A DNA stretch of 38,710 bases, taken from the NCBI GenBank assembly GCA_963607675.1, contig CAVDDI010000001.1, forward strand, positions 1 to 38,710. Direction: 5' to 3'. Below the pieces are notes generated by a model. It made no database searches. It was not told the origin of the DNA and saw only the letters and a list, made by a program, of their open reading frames with translations. How positions within the stretch are numbered: position 1 is the first letter of the stretch; each line of letters begins with the position of its first letter. The translations under genes and the position numbers were made by a program. Shown here one piece after another: positions 25,983 through 34,858 of this stretch. The DNA comes from a bacterium. Lineage in GTDB: Bacteria; Actinomycetota; Coriobacteriia; Coriobacteriales; Eggerthellaceae.

Positions 25983-28184
25983 CTACAGTTCAAGCCGCTT
26001 ACTGCTTGGATCGACAGTCCCCATAAGGGCTGCAACGTCCTTATGGCAGGTGAAGAGTATCACCTGGCGCGTACGGGAAAGCTCAGCCAGGGCCAAGGCG
26101 GCCTGGGCGCGGCGGGAGTCGTCGAAGTTCACCAGTATGTCGTCGCAGATCACCGGCAGGGGTTGTCCCACGTCCGAAGCGGTCATCAGGAGCGCCAGGC
26201 GCAGGGAAAGGTACAGCTGTTGGCGCGTGCCCAGGGAAAGAAGATGCGGGGGCAAGGCGGTGCGCAGGGCATCGACCGCCTCCACGGCACCATCTTCGCC
26301 CAAGCGCACCTGCACCCATGCGCCATCGGTCATAAGCGAGAGCAGGCGGGAAGCCTGGCGGTACACCTCAGGCTGGCTTTTCCTGTCCCATGCGGCGATG
26401 GCCCGCTGCAAGGTCTTCTGGGCGATGAAGAGCACCGTCAGGTCGTGCTGGGCAGCCTTCATCTGCGCAGAGGCCTCTTCATAGCTCAGCTTCGCCCGGT
26501 CGAAGTCCATGGAGCCGCGGGCTGCGGCCAAACGCTCGGACAGCTCTCCGCGGCGGCGCTCGGTTTCAGCCATCGAGCGCAACGTCTGCTCGCGTTCGGC
26601 CTCCCGTTCAGCCAATGCCGCGTCGAAGCTTTCCAACGGGGCGTTGTCGGGAAGCTGCGCAGCTCGGCACAGCTCGATGCGCGCACGGCGCAGCTCGGCG
26701 ATGGATCGACGCAGCTCGGCTTGCTGAAGACTTGCCGCCTTTTCCCTTTGCAGGGAAACCGCCTGCATGGCGCGCGATGCATCGAGCTGATCGAGTGCGC
26801 GCCTTGCGCGGCGGATGGAACCACCGGCGAAGGAAAAGCCGTGCTCGGCAAGGAAGGCAGCTGTCTGGGACTCGTGCTCATCTAAGTCTCGTTGGCAGGA
26901 CTCGAGGAACTTGCGGTCCTGCTCCATGACCCATCGGTGCTTGCCCAGATCGTCGTCAACCGCCCGTGCATCTTGCGGCGGGTGCAGGGCCAGGGCAAAG
27001 CCAGCGGCGGCGGTGACCAGCGAAAAGGCGATCATCATGATGCCTATGGCAGTGTACGAGAGGCCAAGTGCCTGGGTGGCGATGCGGATGCCGGCAACGA
27101 GAAGACCGATGCTCAGCACCGCGCAAACAGCGATGATGGCGTGGCGCTGCCGCCGGCGGGTGCCGGCCGCGCCTTGGTTTCCCAGCGTTTCGCAGGCAAC
27201 CTCGAAGTCCGCCTGCGACCTACCCGCCGCAGCGCGGGCCGCGTCCAAGGCGCGCTCGAGCTTTTCCCTCTTCCCATCAAGAACATCGAGCTCATCGCGC
27301 AGGCTCTCCTCGTCTTCGCGGGAAAGGGCAACCAACCCCGCCGCCTCGCTCGGGATATGGCCTTGCGGCTCTTCGGCTGGTGCGGAGCCCATCGCCTGCA
27401 GCGATTCCCGGGCACGGTCAAGGGACTGCTCAAGCGAGCGTGCCTGTTCCCGAGAGCTCTTCAACCGCTCAATGCTGCCGTTCAGCTGCGCGCCTGCCTG
27501 GGAAAGCGCAACTGAACGCTCGGTAAGCGCTGCCAGCTCGCGCTCTTGGGCGCGCAGGGAGTCCGCCTCCGCACGGCCTTCCGCCACCTTGGCACGAAGG
27601 GAATCCATCTTCGCCGAAAGGTTGGGGGTGGAATCGGGGAACTGCGAGGAACGGGAAAGCGCCTCTTTGATCCGGCGCTCGACGTCAAGCAGCGCCTGGG
27701 CTGGTGAGGAAGGGGTGCCGGCGCCGGCCGTAAGCAGCCGGGCAGTCAAGTTGCTGTGGCTTTCCAGCCCAAGCAGCTCGTCGCTGGTAAGGGAGAACAG
27801 CGTTTGATAGGTATCGCGGTCAATGTCGTCAAGGAAGCCCTTTGGCACCTCGAGCTCTTTCGCGCGTTTCACCTCGATCACATCGCTGCCCTTGCGGAAG
27901 AGCAAGCTCCCCGCACGCTCCGCCCCCTCGGGGCGATAAGGGTTTGCCTGCCCGCGCGCAGCTGGCCAACCGAACAGCACACCCTTGATGAACTCGCTCA
28001 GCGTGGTCTTGCCGGCCTCGTTTTCACCATGCACCACGTTCATTCCCGGGCCGAACGGGCCCACCACGGTGTTGGCGAACTTGCCGAAGCTGGTCATCTT
28101 CACGTATTCAAGATAGGCTCGGTCTTGGCTCACCTGCGGCAAATCAAGCAAGGCCTTCTTGTTCGAGGGCTTCTTCTTGCTCAC
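25983..28184 (-). CDS. YhaN/SbcE-like Rad50/SMC-family ATPase with a central TM hairpin; start set to GTG at 28184
   Basis: Walker A GENEAGKTT, long coiled coils, signature LSLGTRQQLYLSLRLA, Walker B ICDDILVNFD and H-loop FTCH. GTG overlaps the TGA of the upstream nuclease. Confidence 0.88.
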   Translation of the reverse strand: MSKKKPSNKKALLDLPQVSQDRAYLEYVKMTSFGKFANTVVGPFGPGMNVVHGENEAGKTTLSEFIKGVLFGWPAARGQANPYRPEGAERAGSLLFRKGSDVIEVKRAKELEVPKGFLDDIDRDTYQTLFSLTSDELLGLESHSNLTARLLTAGAGTPSSPAQALLDVERRIKEALSRSSQFPDSTPNLSAKMDSLRAKVAEGRAEADSLRAQERELAALTERSVALSQAGAQLNGSIERLKSSREQARSLEQSLDRARESLQAMGSAPAEEPQGHIPSEAAGLVALSREDEESLRDELDVLDGKREKLERALDAARAAAGRSQADFEVACETLGNQGAAGTRRRQRHAIIAVCAVLSIGLLVAGIRIATQALGLSYTAIGIMMIAFSLVTAAAGFALALHPPQDARAVDDDLGKHRWVMEQDRKFLESCQRDLDEHESQTAAFLAEHGFSFAGGSIRRARRALDQLDASRAMQAVSLQREKAASLQQAELRRSIAELRRARIELCRAAQLPDNAPLESFDAALAEREAEREQTLRSMAETERRRGELSERLAAARGSMDFDRAKLSYEEASAQMKAAQHDLTVLFIAQKTLQRAIAAWDRKSQPEVYRQASRLLSLMTDGAWVQVRLGEDGAVEAVDALRTALPPHLLSLGTRQQLYLSLRLALLMTASDVGQPLPVICDDILVNFDDSRRAQAALALAELSRTRQVILFTCHKDVAALMGTVDPSSKRLEL

Positions 28185-29443
28185 CGGGATGCCTCCTTGC
28201 TCAACAGGTCGAGGACCAGCGTCTCTGCTTCCCCACACGCCGCGGCCATTCCCGGCCCCAACCCTTTGGGAAGCGTCAACCTGCGGGAGGTGAACTCGGA
28301 TTCAATGGCCGGGATGGACCGGTCGGCATCGGAGGCGAACGAGGAAACCGCATCAAGGAACACCGCAGGGAACAGCCCTTCCCTGCGAAGAGCGTCCCTA
28401 TCCTGCAAGGCATCGGTATCGTTGGCGATGGCATCGATGAAGAAAAACGGATACGAATCGTTTATCGCGGTTCGCAAGTCTTCAAGAACCTGGGTTGTCA
28501 GCAAGCGATGCAAGGCAGTGCGCCCCTGAAGGACGATACGGAACACCATGCGCTGGCAATCCGATTCCGCGTTGGCGCCGAATTGGGCAGACACCACTTC
28601 CCGTTGGATGTCGGCAACGGTATTGCAGGCGGAAACATCCACCCAGATACGCTGCCATTCAACCTGTGCGGTGGAAATGAAGCGCGCCTTGTTCGCCGAT
28701 CCCTCTTCCAGGGTAACTTCCAGGACGCCATGGCGGCCGGTTTCCCAGGTGCCGCGGCCCTGGGGGCTGCCGGCGAACGCGATGCGCGGGTCGGCGCTTG
28801 AAGGGAGCAAACGGCCTTGGTGGATATGGCCGCAAGCCCAATAGTCCACATCACGGGCCAGCAGGTCTGCCGGGCGAGCGGGCGAGCGGGTTGGGTCTAT
28901 ATCCAACCCGGTATGCAGCACGCCGATCATGAAAGGTGCCTGTTTCCCCAGGTGGGACATAGCTGTTTCACGTGAAATGCCCTCGAACACCTCCGCACCT
29001 TCCGGCCACGCCTGATTGTAGTAGCTTCGACCGCCGATAAGGGCAAGCGGCTGTCCATCTCGCTCGAAGCAGGCGAAGCCAGGAGCCTCCACGCCAAGCA
29101 GATGCGTGTTGGGCGGAAGCATGGCGAAGTCGTTGTTCCACGAGGTATACGGATCGTGATTGCCGTTGATGAAGTAAACGGGGATGGCCGATTCGTTCAG
29201 CCGCTCCATGCCGGAAACGAAGAGGGAGAAATCCGAGTAGGAGGGGCGCGTGTCGTCGAACACATCTCCTGCTATCACCACGAAATCGACCTTGTGTTCG
29301 ATGGCCAGGTCGATGATGCGATTGAAGGCAGCCGGGATGGCAGCGAGCATGGTATCCGCCCATTGAGCAGATACCGACCTGAGCCCTTTGAAGGGGGCGC
29401 CAAGATGCAGGTCGGCTGCGTGTATGAAGGTTACGCTGCGCAT
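28181..29443 (-). CDS. YhaO-like Mre11/SbcD-family metallophosphoesterase DNA nuclease
   Basis: FIHAADLHLG, AGDVFD, GNHD, LHTG, YWACGHIH and GSPQGR motifs. Confidence 0.92.
   Translation of the reverse strand: MRSVTFIHAADLHLGAPFKGLRSVSAQWADTMLAAIPAAFNRIIDLAIEHKVDFVVIAGDVFDDTRPSYSDFSLFVSGMERLNESAIPVYFINGNHDPYTSWNNDFAMLPPNTHLLGVEAPGFACFERDGQPLALIGGRSYYNQAWPEGAEVFEGISRETAMSHLGKQAPFMIGVLHTGLDIDPTRSPARPADLLARDVDYWACGHIHQGRLLPSSADPRIAFAGSPQGRGTWETGRHGVLEVTLEEGSANKARFISTAQVEWQRIWVDVSACNTVADIQREVVSAQFGANAESDCQRMVFRIVLQGRTALHRLLTTQVLEDLRTAINDSYPFFFIDAIANDTDALQDRDALRREGLFPAVFLDAVSSFASDADRSIPAIESEFTSRRLTLPKGLGPGMAAACGEAETLVLDLLSKEASR
28964..28979. promoter_or_regulatory. parS-like site inside the nuclease gene
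   Basis: TGTTTCACGTGAAATG; 14/16 match to TGTTTCACGTGAAACA. Confidence 0.65.
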
Positions 29444-29468
29444 GACACCCCCCTACGTATCGACAGGA

Positions 29469-30833
29469 TCAATAGCTGGAATCGTCGAAATGATTGGTGA
29501 ACTTGGTGAACTCTGGAATGAAGGTGAGCTTGATATCGCGCGTGGGGCCCGAACGGTTCTTCGCAACGATAAGCTCAGCAACGCCCCAATCGGGGCGGCT
29601 GTCCGACTCAGCTTCAGCTTCGCTGGTGCTTCGATCGATGAACATGACGATGTCGGCGTCCTGCTCGATGGAACCGGATTCACGCAAGTCGGAAAGCATA
29701 GGGCGCTTATCGGTGCGCGATTCAACGCCACGGGAAAGCTGGGATAACGCGATGATGGGCACTTCCAGTTCCTTGGCTAACACCTTGAGGCCTCGGGAGA
29801 TCTCGGCTACTTCCACCGCACGATTGTTCGGATGGGGGATCACCGGTTGCATAAGCTGCAGATAGTCAACGATGATCAGGCCGTTCTTCTTGTTGCGCAT
29901 CATCCTGCGTGCCTTGGTGCGCAGTTCGACGATGGAAAGGCCGGCGGAGTCGTCTACATAGAGTTCGCAGTTGGAAAGCTCGCTGGATGCTTGGACGAGC
30001 TGGCCCCAATCGCTTTCCGAGAGCATTCCGTTGCGCATGCGCGAAAGCGCAAGACCAGCTTCTGCCGCAAGCAGGCGCTGGGTGATCTCGTTCGAGCTCA
30101 TCTCCAAGCTGAAGAAGGCAACGGGTGCGTTGGCTTTCGCAGCATTGGCCGCAAGGTTCATGGCGAATGAGGTTTTGCCCACAGCAGGGCGGGCAGCCAA
30201 GATTATGAGGTTGCCGGGGCGCAAGCCGCAGAACAGCTTGTCTACATCCAGGAACCCCGTGGGAACACCCTGCAGCGTGCCTTCGCGGTTGCCCATTTCG
30301 GCAATCTCATCGTTGGCCTCCATAAGGAGCTCGCGGATGTTCTTGAAGGACGAGTTCACGGTTTGCTCGGTAACGCCGAAGAGGGCTGCCTCGGACTGGG
30401 ATATGAGCTCTTTCGGATCAGCGGGCGAATCGTAGGCAAGCGAGGTTATCTGCGCCGCAGAAAGCAACAGCTCTCGGCGGATGGCATCGCGGCTTACGAT
30501 TTCGGCATGATGCTGCCAGCTGGTGAAAGCGAAGGTGTTGTCGGCAAGCTCAAGCAAGTACTGCTTGCCGCCAACGGCTTCAAGCTGACCAGCGGCGGAA
30601 AGGTTGTCCGATACCGAGATGACATCGATGGGGATCGAGCGCGAGTTCATTTCGCGCATCGTCTCGAAGATCATCTTATGGGCAGGGCGGAAGAAGCTTT
30701 CCGGCTTGAGCCTAAGGGAAACCTCTTCGAACACTCCCGTTGAAAGAAGGCACGCCGCAAGCACCGTCTGCTCTGCTTCTATGTTCTGAGGAAGCGTCTT
30801 ACGCACCTCAGGGCCCTGATTGGCTTCCGGCAT
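29469..30833 (-). CDS. dnaB: Replicative DNA helicase; start set to ATG at 30833
   Basis: PQNIEAEQ, ARPAVGKT, FFSLEM, IVDYLQLM, LSQLSR, SDLRESGSIEQDAD and KNRSGPT. AAGGAG RBS before 30833; extended -10 TGtTATGAT near 30882-30890. Confidence 0.97.
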   Translation of the reverse strand: MPEANQGPEVRKTLPQNIEAEQTVLAACLLSTGVFEEVSLRLKPESFFRPAHKMIFETMREMNSRSIPIDVISVSDNLSAAGQLEAVGGKQYLLELADNTFAFTSWQHHAEIVSRDAIRRELLLSAAQITSLAYDSPADPKELISQSEAALFGVTEQTVNSSFKNIRELLMEANDEIAEMGNREGTLQGVPTGFLDVDKLFCGLRPGNLIILAARPAVGKTSFAMNLAANAAKANAPVAFFSLEMSSNEITQRLLAAEAGLALSRMRNGMLSESDWGQLVQASSELSNCELYVDDSAGLSIVELRTKARRMMRNKKNGLIIVDYLQLMQPVIPHPNNRAVEVAEISRGLKVLAKELEVPIIALSQLSRGVESRTDKRPMLSDLRESGSIEQDADIVMFIDRSTSEAEAESDSRPDWGVAELIVAKNRSGPTRDIKLTFIPEFTKFTNHFDDSSY

Positions 30834-30950
30834 CCAACAACTCCTTGCCTTGTACGCTTCAGTTACCTTGCTCAAGGTTCAATCATAACAGCCGGATAGT
30901 TCCAAGGAGGCATCAACCCCGCCTCAAAGGATCGATTCACCCTGCCACCA

Positions 30951-30978
30951 AAAAGGGCCACCTTGCGGTGACCCTTTT
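30951..30978 (-). terminator. Intrinsic terminator after rplI
   Basis: AAAAGGGCCACC-TTGC-GGTGACCCTTTT inverted repeat. Confidence 0.8.
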
Positions 30979-31002
30979 CGAAAAGCCTTTGGGAAAGGAA
31001 CG

Positions 31003-31542
31003 CTACTCTGCAGCAGCCTCGGTCTCTTCCGTAGCTTCTGCCTCTGCCTCAGCGGCAGGCTCCTCTACCTCTTCTTCGGCAGGAGCGGCGAAGGTTGCCT
31101 CGTCGCCCACCAGAAGGGTGATGTTCGCCTTGATGTCGCGGTACAGGGAAGCGGAAACCGTGTGCTCGCCAGCGGTCTTGATAGCGCTCTTGATGTCGAT
31201 GCGACGACGGTCAAGCTCGATATCAGCCTGGGCCTTGACGGCCTCAGCTACCATCTGGGCGGTAACGGAACCGAAGAGAACGCCTTCTTCGCCAACGCGC
31301 GCCTCAACCTTGATGGTAAGGGGCTCAAGGGTTTCCTTGATCTTGTTGGCATCGGCGATACGGTTCTCTTCGCGGGCAGCGATGTGATGCTTGCGCTGCT
31401 CGAGCTGCTTCAGGTTGCCCTTGGTGGCCAGGATAGCCATGCCCTGGGGAAGCAGGTAGTTGTTGGCAAAGCCGGGGGCTACGTCTACGACGTCGCCTTC
31501 GCCGCCCTTGTTCTTGACCTCGGTAAGAAGGATAACTTTCAT
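31003..31542 (-). CDS. rplI: 50S ribosomal protein bL9 with acidic C-terminal tail
   Basis: MKVILL...GDVVDVAPGFANNYLLP and LFGSVT motifs. Confidence 0.97.
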   Translation of the reverse strand: MKVILLTEVKNKGGEGDVVDVAPGFANNYLLPQGMAILATKGNLKQLEQRKHHIAAREENRIADANKIKETLEPLTIKVEARVGEEGVLFGSVTAQMVAEAVKAQADIELDRRRIDIKSAIKTAGEHTVSASLYRDIKANITLLVGDEATFAAPAEEEVEEPAAEAEAEATEETEAAAE

Positions 31543-31554
31543 CTCATCCTCCTT

Positions 31555-31815
31555 TTAGCGGTTGCGGCGGTCGCCACGGCCGCTGACTGCAGGCACAGCG
31601 TAGGGCATGAGAGCCATCTCGCGTGCGCGCTTCACGGCATTGGCGATATCGCGCTGGTGCTGGGTGCAAGCGCCCGTAACACGGCGGGGCTTGATCTTCC
31701 CACGATCGGTAACGTACTTACGCAGCATCTGGGTGTCTTTGTAATCGACATATTCTGCGTGGTCCTTGCAGAACTGGCAATACTTTCGACGAGGCTGCTT
31801 TGCGTAGTCAGACAT
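31555..31815 (-). CDS. rpsR: 30S ribosomal protein bS18, zinc-binding form; start set to 31815
   Basis: RRKYCQFC...VDYKD...[27 protein letters not shown]. Confidence 0.97.
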   Translation of the reverse strand: MSDYAKQPRRKYCQFCKDHAEYVDYKDTQMLRKYVTDRGKIKPRRVTGACTQHQRDIANAVKRAREMALMPYAVPAVSGRGDRRNR

Positions 31816-31834
31816 GTAAACCTCTTTCGAATGA

Positions 31835-32275
31835 TTAGAACGGGATGTCTTCGTCGTAGACAGAGGCATCGACCACCGGAGCGGCCATCGGGGCAGGTGC
31901 CGCAGGAGCAGCCTGCATGGGCGCAGCGGCACGAGGAGCCGAATCGTTTCGGCTGGTCATGAATTCGATTTCATCGACGATGACCTCGATCTTGCTGCGC
32001 TTCTGACCATCGCGCTCCCACTGGCTCCAACGAAGCTTACCTTCGATGGCCACCTTGCTCCCCTTGGAGAGGAAGCGGGAAACGCTCTGGGCACGAGCAC
32101 CAAATATGGTGCAGTCGATGAAATTCGGATAGTCTTCCCATTCACCCGTCTGCTGGTTCTTGCGGCGGTCGTTCACCGCCACGCCGAAGCCGAGGACCGG
32201 CATGCCGCTCGCCGTGGAGCGCAGGTCGGGGTCACGGGTAAGGTTTCCGCTGATAACGACTCGATTGATGCTCAT
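31835..32275 (-). CDS. ssb: Single-stranded DNA-binding protein
   Basis: [17 protein letters not shown] and C-terminal DEDIPF. Confidence 0.97.
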   Translation of the reverse strand: MSINRVVISGNLTRDPDLRSTASGMPVLGFGVAVNDRRKNQQTGEWEDYPNFIDCTIFGARAQSVSRFLSKGSKVAIEGKLRWSQWERDGQKRSKIEVIVDEIEFMTSRNDSAPRAAAPMQAAPAAPAPMAAPVVDASVYDEDIPF

Positions 32276-32328
32276 AACAAACCTCTTTCATGGTGCGAAC
32301 ATCCACGTTCGCCTTTGATTTCCAAAAA

Positions 32329-32622
32329 TTAATCGCGATCGGTGCGAGCAACGATCATGTGACGCTCAACGGCATCGGAGATGCGCAGAACGCGATCGAG
32401 CTCAGCGATGTTGCTGGGCTCTGCATGGAAATCGATAAGGGTGTAATCACCGTCAGTCAAGCCGTTGACTTCGTAAGCGAGCTTGCGCTTACCCCAGTTG
32501 TCAACATTGTCGACGACACCGTTACCTTCTGCGAGGGCGGTCTCGATACGCTTCATAACAGCGATACGAGATTCTTCGTCGATAGACGGAGCTACAAAGT
32601 ACAAGAGTTCATAAGCCTTCAT
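32329..32622 (-). CDS. rpsF: 30S ribosomal protein bS6
   Basis: MKAYELLY...WGKRKLAYEV motif; first gene of rpsF-ssb-rpsR-rplI. Confidence 0.97.
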   Translation of the reverse strand: MKAYELLYFVAPSIDEESRIAVMKRIETALAEGNGVVDNVDNWGKRKLAYEVNGLTDGDYTLIDFHAEPSNIAELDRVLRISDAVERHMIVARTDRD

Positions 32623-32628
32623 CAGTTC

Positions 32629-32682
32629 ACCTCCTCTGGACTTACGGCTTCGGGTGATAAAGGAAACCCCGAAGCAGGATTA
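32629..32682 (-). ncRNA. Probable S6:S18 ribosomal protein leader
   Basis: UCCU-GCUUCGGG...CCCGAAGC-CG...AGGAGG: inner hairpin, CCG at its 3' base, outer UCCU able to pair with the SD. Promoter TTGCTA-17-TATCTT just upstream. Confidence 0.65.
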
Positions 32683-32852
32683 GCCTTTGTAAGATACCAA
32701 ACGGCAAACCTGTTAGCAATCGATGATGCCGACGAACCCACGCTTTGCACACATGGCCTTATCCTTTCCACCAAAAAGATCGTAGCGCGCGGTTCTTAAG
32801 GAAATGGGAAGGCGATGGGAAACAGATCGCAAAAAATGAATGCCCTGAACAG

Positions 32853-32897
32853 AAAAGCCGCAACCATCAGGCCCCTCAAGGCCCTGATGGTTGCGGC
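32853..32897 (-). terminator. Intrinsic terminator after the acidic hypothetical gene
   Basis: 15-bp inverted repeat GCCGCAACCATCAGG / CCTGATGGTTGCGGC plus UUUU. Confidence 0.85.
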
Positions 32898-32939
32898 CAC
32901 GATGCAAACCGCTGCGGCGTGCCTTAGATAGCGAACAGG

Positions 32940-33458
32940 CTATTCGGCGGCTTCTTCAGAATCAGGGGTCTCATCGGCTTGACCCTGCTTTGCAGGATCA
33001 AGCGACCCCTCTATATCCAGTTCGAGTTTCAGGCCTTCCATGAAATTCGGTGCCGGGCCGATGTAGACCACTTCGCGGTCAACGCCATCTTCATCATAGA
33101 GGTAGCCGAAAGCGAAGCCTTGCTCCTCGCCAGGCAAACCGCCCTCGGCGATAAGGGCATCGACCGCGCCCTCCTCGGTATCGAGGAAGCCGTCGTAGCA
33201 GAAAGCGTATGCCGTGGCTCCGCGGGCGCCCTGCACCTCTTTGCGGGCTGCAAGGAAGATCTTCTCAGTGTCATCACCGGGATGGGTCTCGATGAAGAGA
33301 TTCTCCTTCACTGCCAAACCTGTGAAGGGGACAACCTCTTCGCCCGCCTCCATCTTGTCAGCCGCCTCGTTCAATACCGCGACGATGACGGTTTTCAGGG
33401 TATCGTCCACATCCTCAACGGGGATATCGTTCTCAGGATCCACAACACGGTCTACCAT
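32940..33458 (-). CDS. Acidic hypothetical protein (172 aa); start set to 33458
   Basis: AAAGGGG RBS, own promoter TTGAGG-17-TACACT and own terminator; host-like codon usage. Confidence 0.85.
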   Translation of the reverse strand: MVDRVVDPENDIPVEDVDDTLKTVIVAVLNEAADKMEAGEEVVPFTGLAVKENLFIETHPGDDTEKIFLAARKEVQGARGATAYAFCYDGFLDTEEGAVDALIAEGGLPGEEQGFAFGYLYDEDGVDREVVYIGPAPNFMEGLKLELDIEGSLDPAKQGQADETPDSEEAAE

Positions 33459-33642
33459 GCCAGTCCCCTTTCTTCTTGCTTGAAGTCCATTGCTACGAAG
33501 TGTAGCGTTCGTGCTGCGCAGCCTCAAACACAACTCCGCGAACAACACCGATATCCCTTCGGCTGAACCCTGCCTGGATGCTTTGGCGCATTTCGGACGG
33601 GCGGGGCATCGACAGCAGGCAGGAAAACCACGTGAGGGCACG

Positions 33643-33667
33643 AAAAAGCCGGCTCTGTGGCCGGCTC
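33643..33667 (-). terminator. Intrinsic terminator after tRNA-Ser(CGA)
   Basis: AGCCGGC-CACAGA-GCCGGCU-UUUU on the minus strand. Confidence 0.75.
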
Positions 33668-33675
33668 TGCATTGC

Positions 33676-33768
33676 TGGCGGAAGGGGAGGGATTTGAACC
33701 CTCGTTACCGGGAGTGCCGGTAAAACGGTTTTCGAGACCGCCGCATTCAGCCGCTCTGCCACCCTTCC
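33676..33768 (-). tRNA. tRNA-Ser (CGA)
   Basis: GGAAGGG acceptor stem, anticodon loop CUCGAAA, long variable arm, GCCA end. Confidence 0.96.
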
Positions 33769-33837
33769 GAATATGTAAGAAGCCACTTGATGGGCTTTAA
33801 AAAGAAAGCGCCCTTTCGAGCGCTTCCGGTTATTCAC

Positions 33838-33930
33838 TGGCGGAGAGATGGGGATTCGAACCCCAGATACGCTTTTGGCGTATACACGATTTCCAATCGT
33901 GCTCCTTAAGCCAGACTCGGACATCTCTCC
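33838..33930 (-). tRNA. tRNA-Ser (GGA)
   Basis: GGAGAGA acceptor stem, anticodon loop UUGGAAA, long variable arm, GCCA end. Promoter TTGCAA-18-TAAAGT at 33963-33992. Confidence 0.96.
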
Positions 33931-33975
33931 AGCTGCAGCGCTATCTGCGCGTGCAAGGCTGTACTTTACACCAAG

Positions 33976-34773
33976 TTAGTACCTGCTTGCAAGAGAATAA
34001 TAGCCATCTTCCGACAAGATCTTCAAGGGAACCTCGAACAGATCGGAAACGCAATCGGTGGTGAGAGCCTCTTCCTTGGGAAGATCCCGGTAGACTTGCC
34101 CGTTCTTGATCATCACCACACGGTGGATCTCGGGGATGATGTCCTCGGGATAGTGCGTTACCAGGACGATGGACTTGCCTGCAGCCACCAAATCGCGCAT
34201 GGCCTTGCGGACAAAGTACATCCCCTCGGGGTCGAGCGCGGTTGTGGGCTCGTCGAACACCAACACCTCCGGGTCATGGATGATTGCGCGGGCTATAAGC
34301 ACACGGCGCGCCTGGCCAGAGGAAAGCGTCATCACATCTCGGTCGGAAAGATCGCCTATACCAAGGAAATCCAAGGCCTGCTGGGCCTTTTGCGTGCCCT
34401 TTTCGGACATCTTATGGCGCTGGGGGACGCCGAGGGCGCCGTACAACCCGCCATAAACCACCTCGATCGCCGGAAGATGAACGGTGATCTGGTCCTGCAT
34501 GGTAGAGGAAACCACGCCCAGGCACTTCTTCACCTCTTCAAGCGTGACAAGCTCCTTGCCCTTGAAGAGCACCGGAGGGACATCGCGATGAAGCGGGAAC
34601 GCCTCGCGGGTCATCAAATGGATGAAGGTAGACTTGCCAGCGCCGTTAGGGCCGATGAGCGCTATGTTCTCACCTTGGGAAAGGGTGAAGTCGTCGACAT
34701 GGAGTATCTCCTTGCCCTTACGGCGGACCACGGCATCATGCAGCTCGATCAAGGGCGACTGCTTCGTTTCCAT
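33976..34773 (-). CDS. ABC ATP-binding protein (ModF/YlmA-like); no adjacent permease
   Basis: GPNGAGKS, LSSGQARR, VFDEPT and VTH motifs. Confidence 0.9.
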   Translation of the reverse strand: METKQSPLIELHDAVVRRKGKEILHVDDFTLSQGENIALIGPNGAGKSTFIHLMTREAFPLHRDVPPVLFKGKELVTLEEVKKCLGVVSSTMQDQITVHLPAIEVVYGGLYGALGVPQRHKMSEKGTQKAQQALDFLGIGDLSDRDVMTLSSGQARRVLIARAIIHDPEVLVFDEPTTALDPEGMYFVRKAMRDLVAAGKSIVLVTHYPEDIIPEIHRVVMIKNGQVYRDLPKEEALTTDCVSDLFEVPLKILSEDGYYSLASRY

Positions 34774-34796
34774 ACGCTGCCTTTCTCATGAAAGCA

Positions 34797-34827
34797 CCAA
34801 GGTCACCTCTGTAAGAGGTGACCTTGG
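34797..34827. terminator. Perfect 14-bp hairpin after the foldase gene
   Basis: CCAAGGTCACCTCT-GTA-AGAGGTGACCTTGG; U tail is weak. Confidence 0.6.
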
Positions 34828-34858
34828 CAGGAATTCGTTGTTGCTCGAGACCTTGAGC

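Noticed and set aside
25768..29148. Near-DnaA box (CGTGGATAA, in purA) and a weaker parS-like 16-mer (TGTTCCACGAGGTATA, in the nuclease gene)
   Set aside because: Both are isolated, mismatched and within coding sequence; compatible with chance.
33540..33640. Possible small RNA between tRNA-Ser(CGA) and the acidic hypothetical gene (CCTGCCTG...CAGGCAGG stem)
   Set aside because: A single stem in GC-rich DNA, downstream of a terminator, with no promoter or recognisable family.
33976..34773. Orphan ABC ATPase as part of a novel system
   Set aside because: Stand-alone ModF/YlmA-like ATPases are common, and nothing in the context points to a specific partner.
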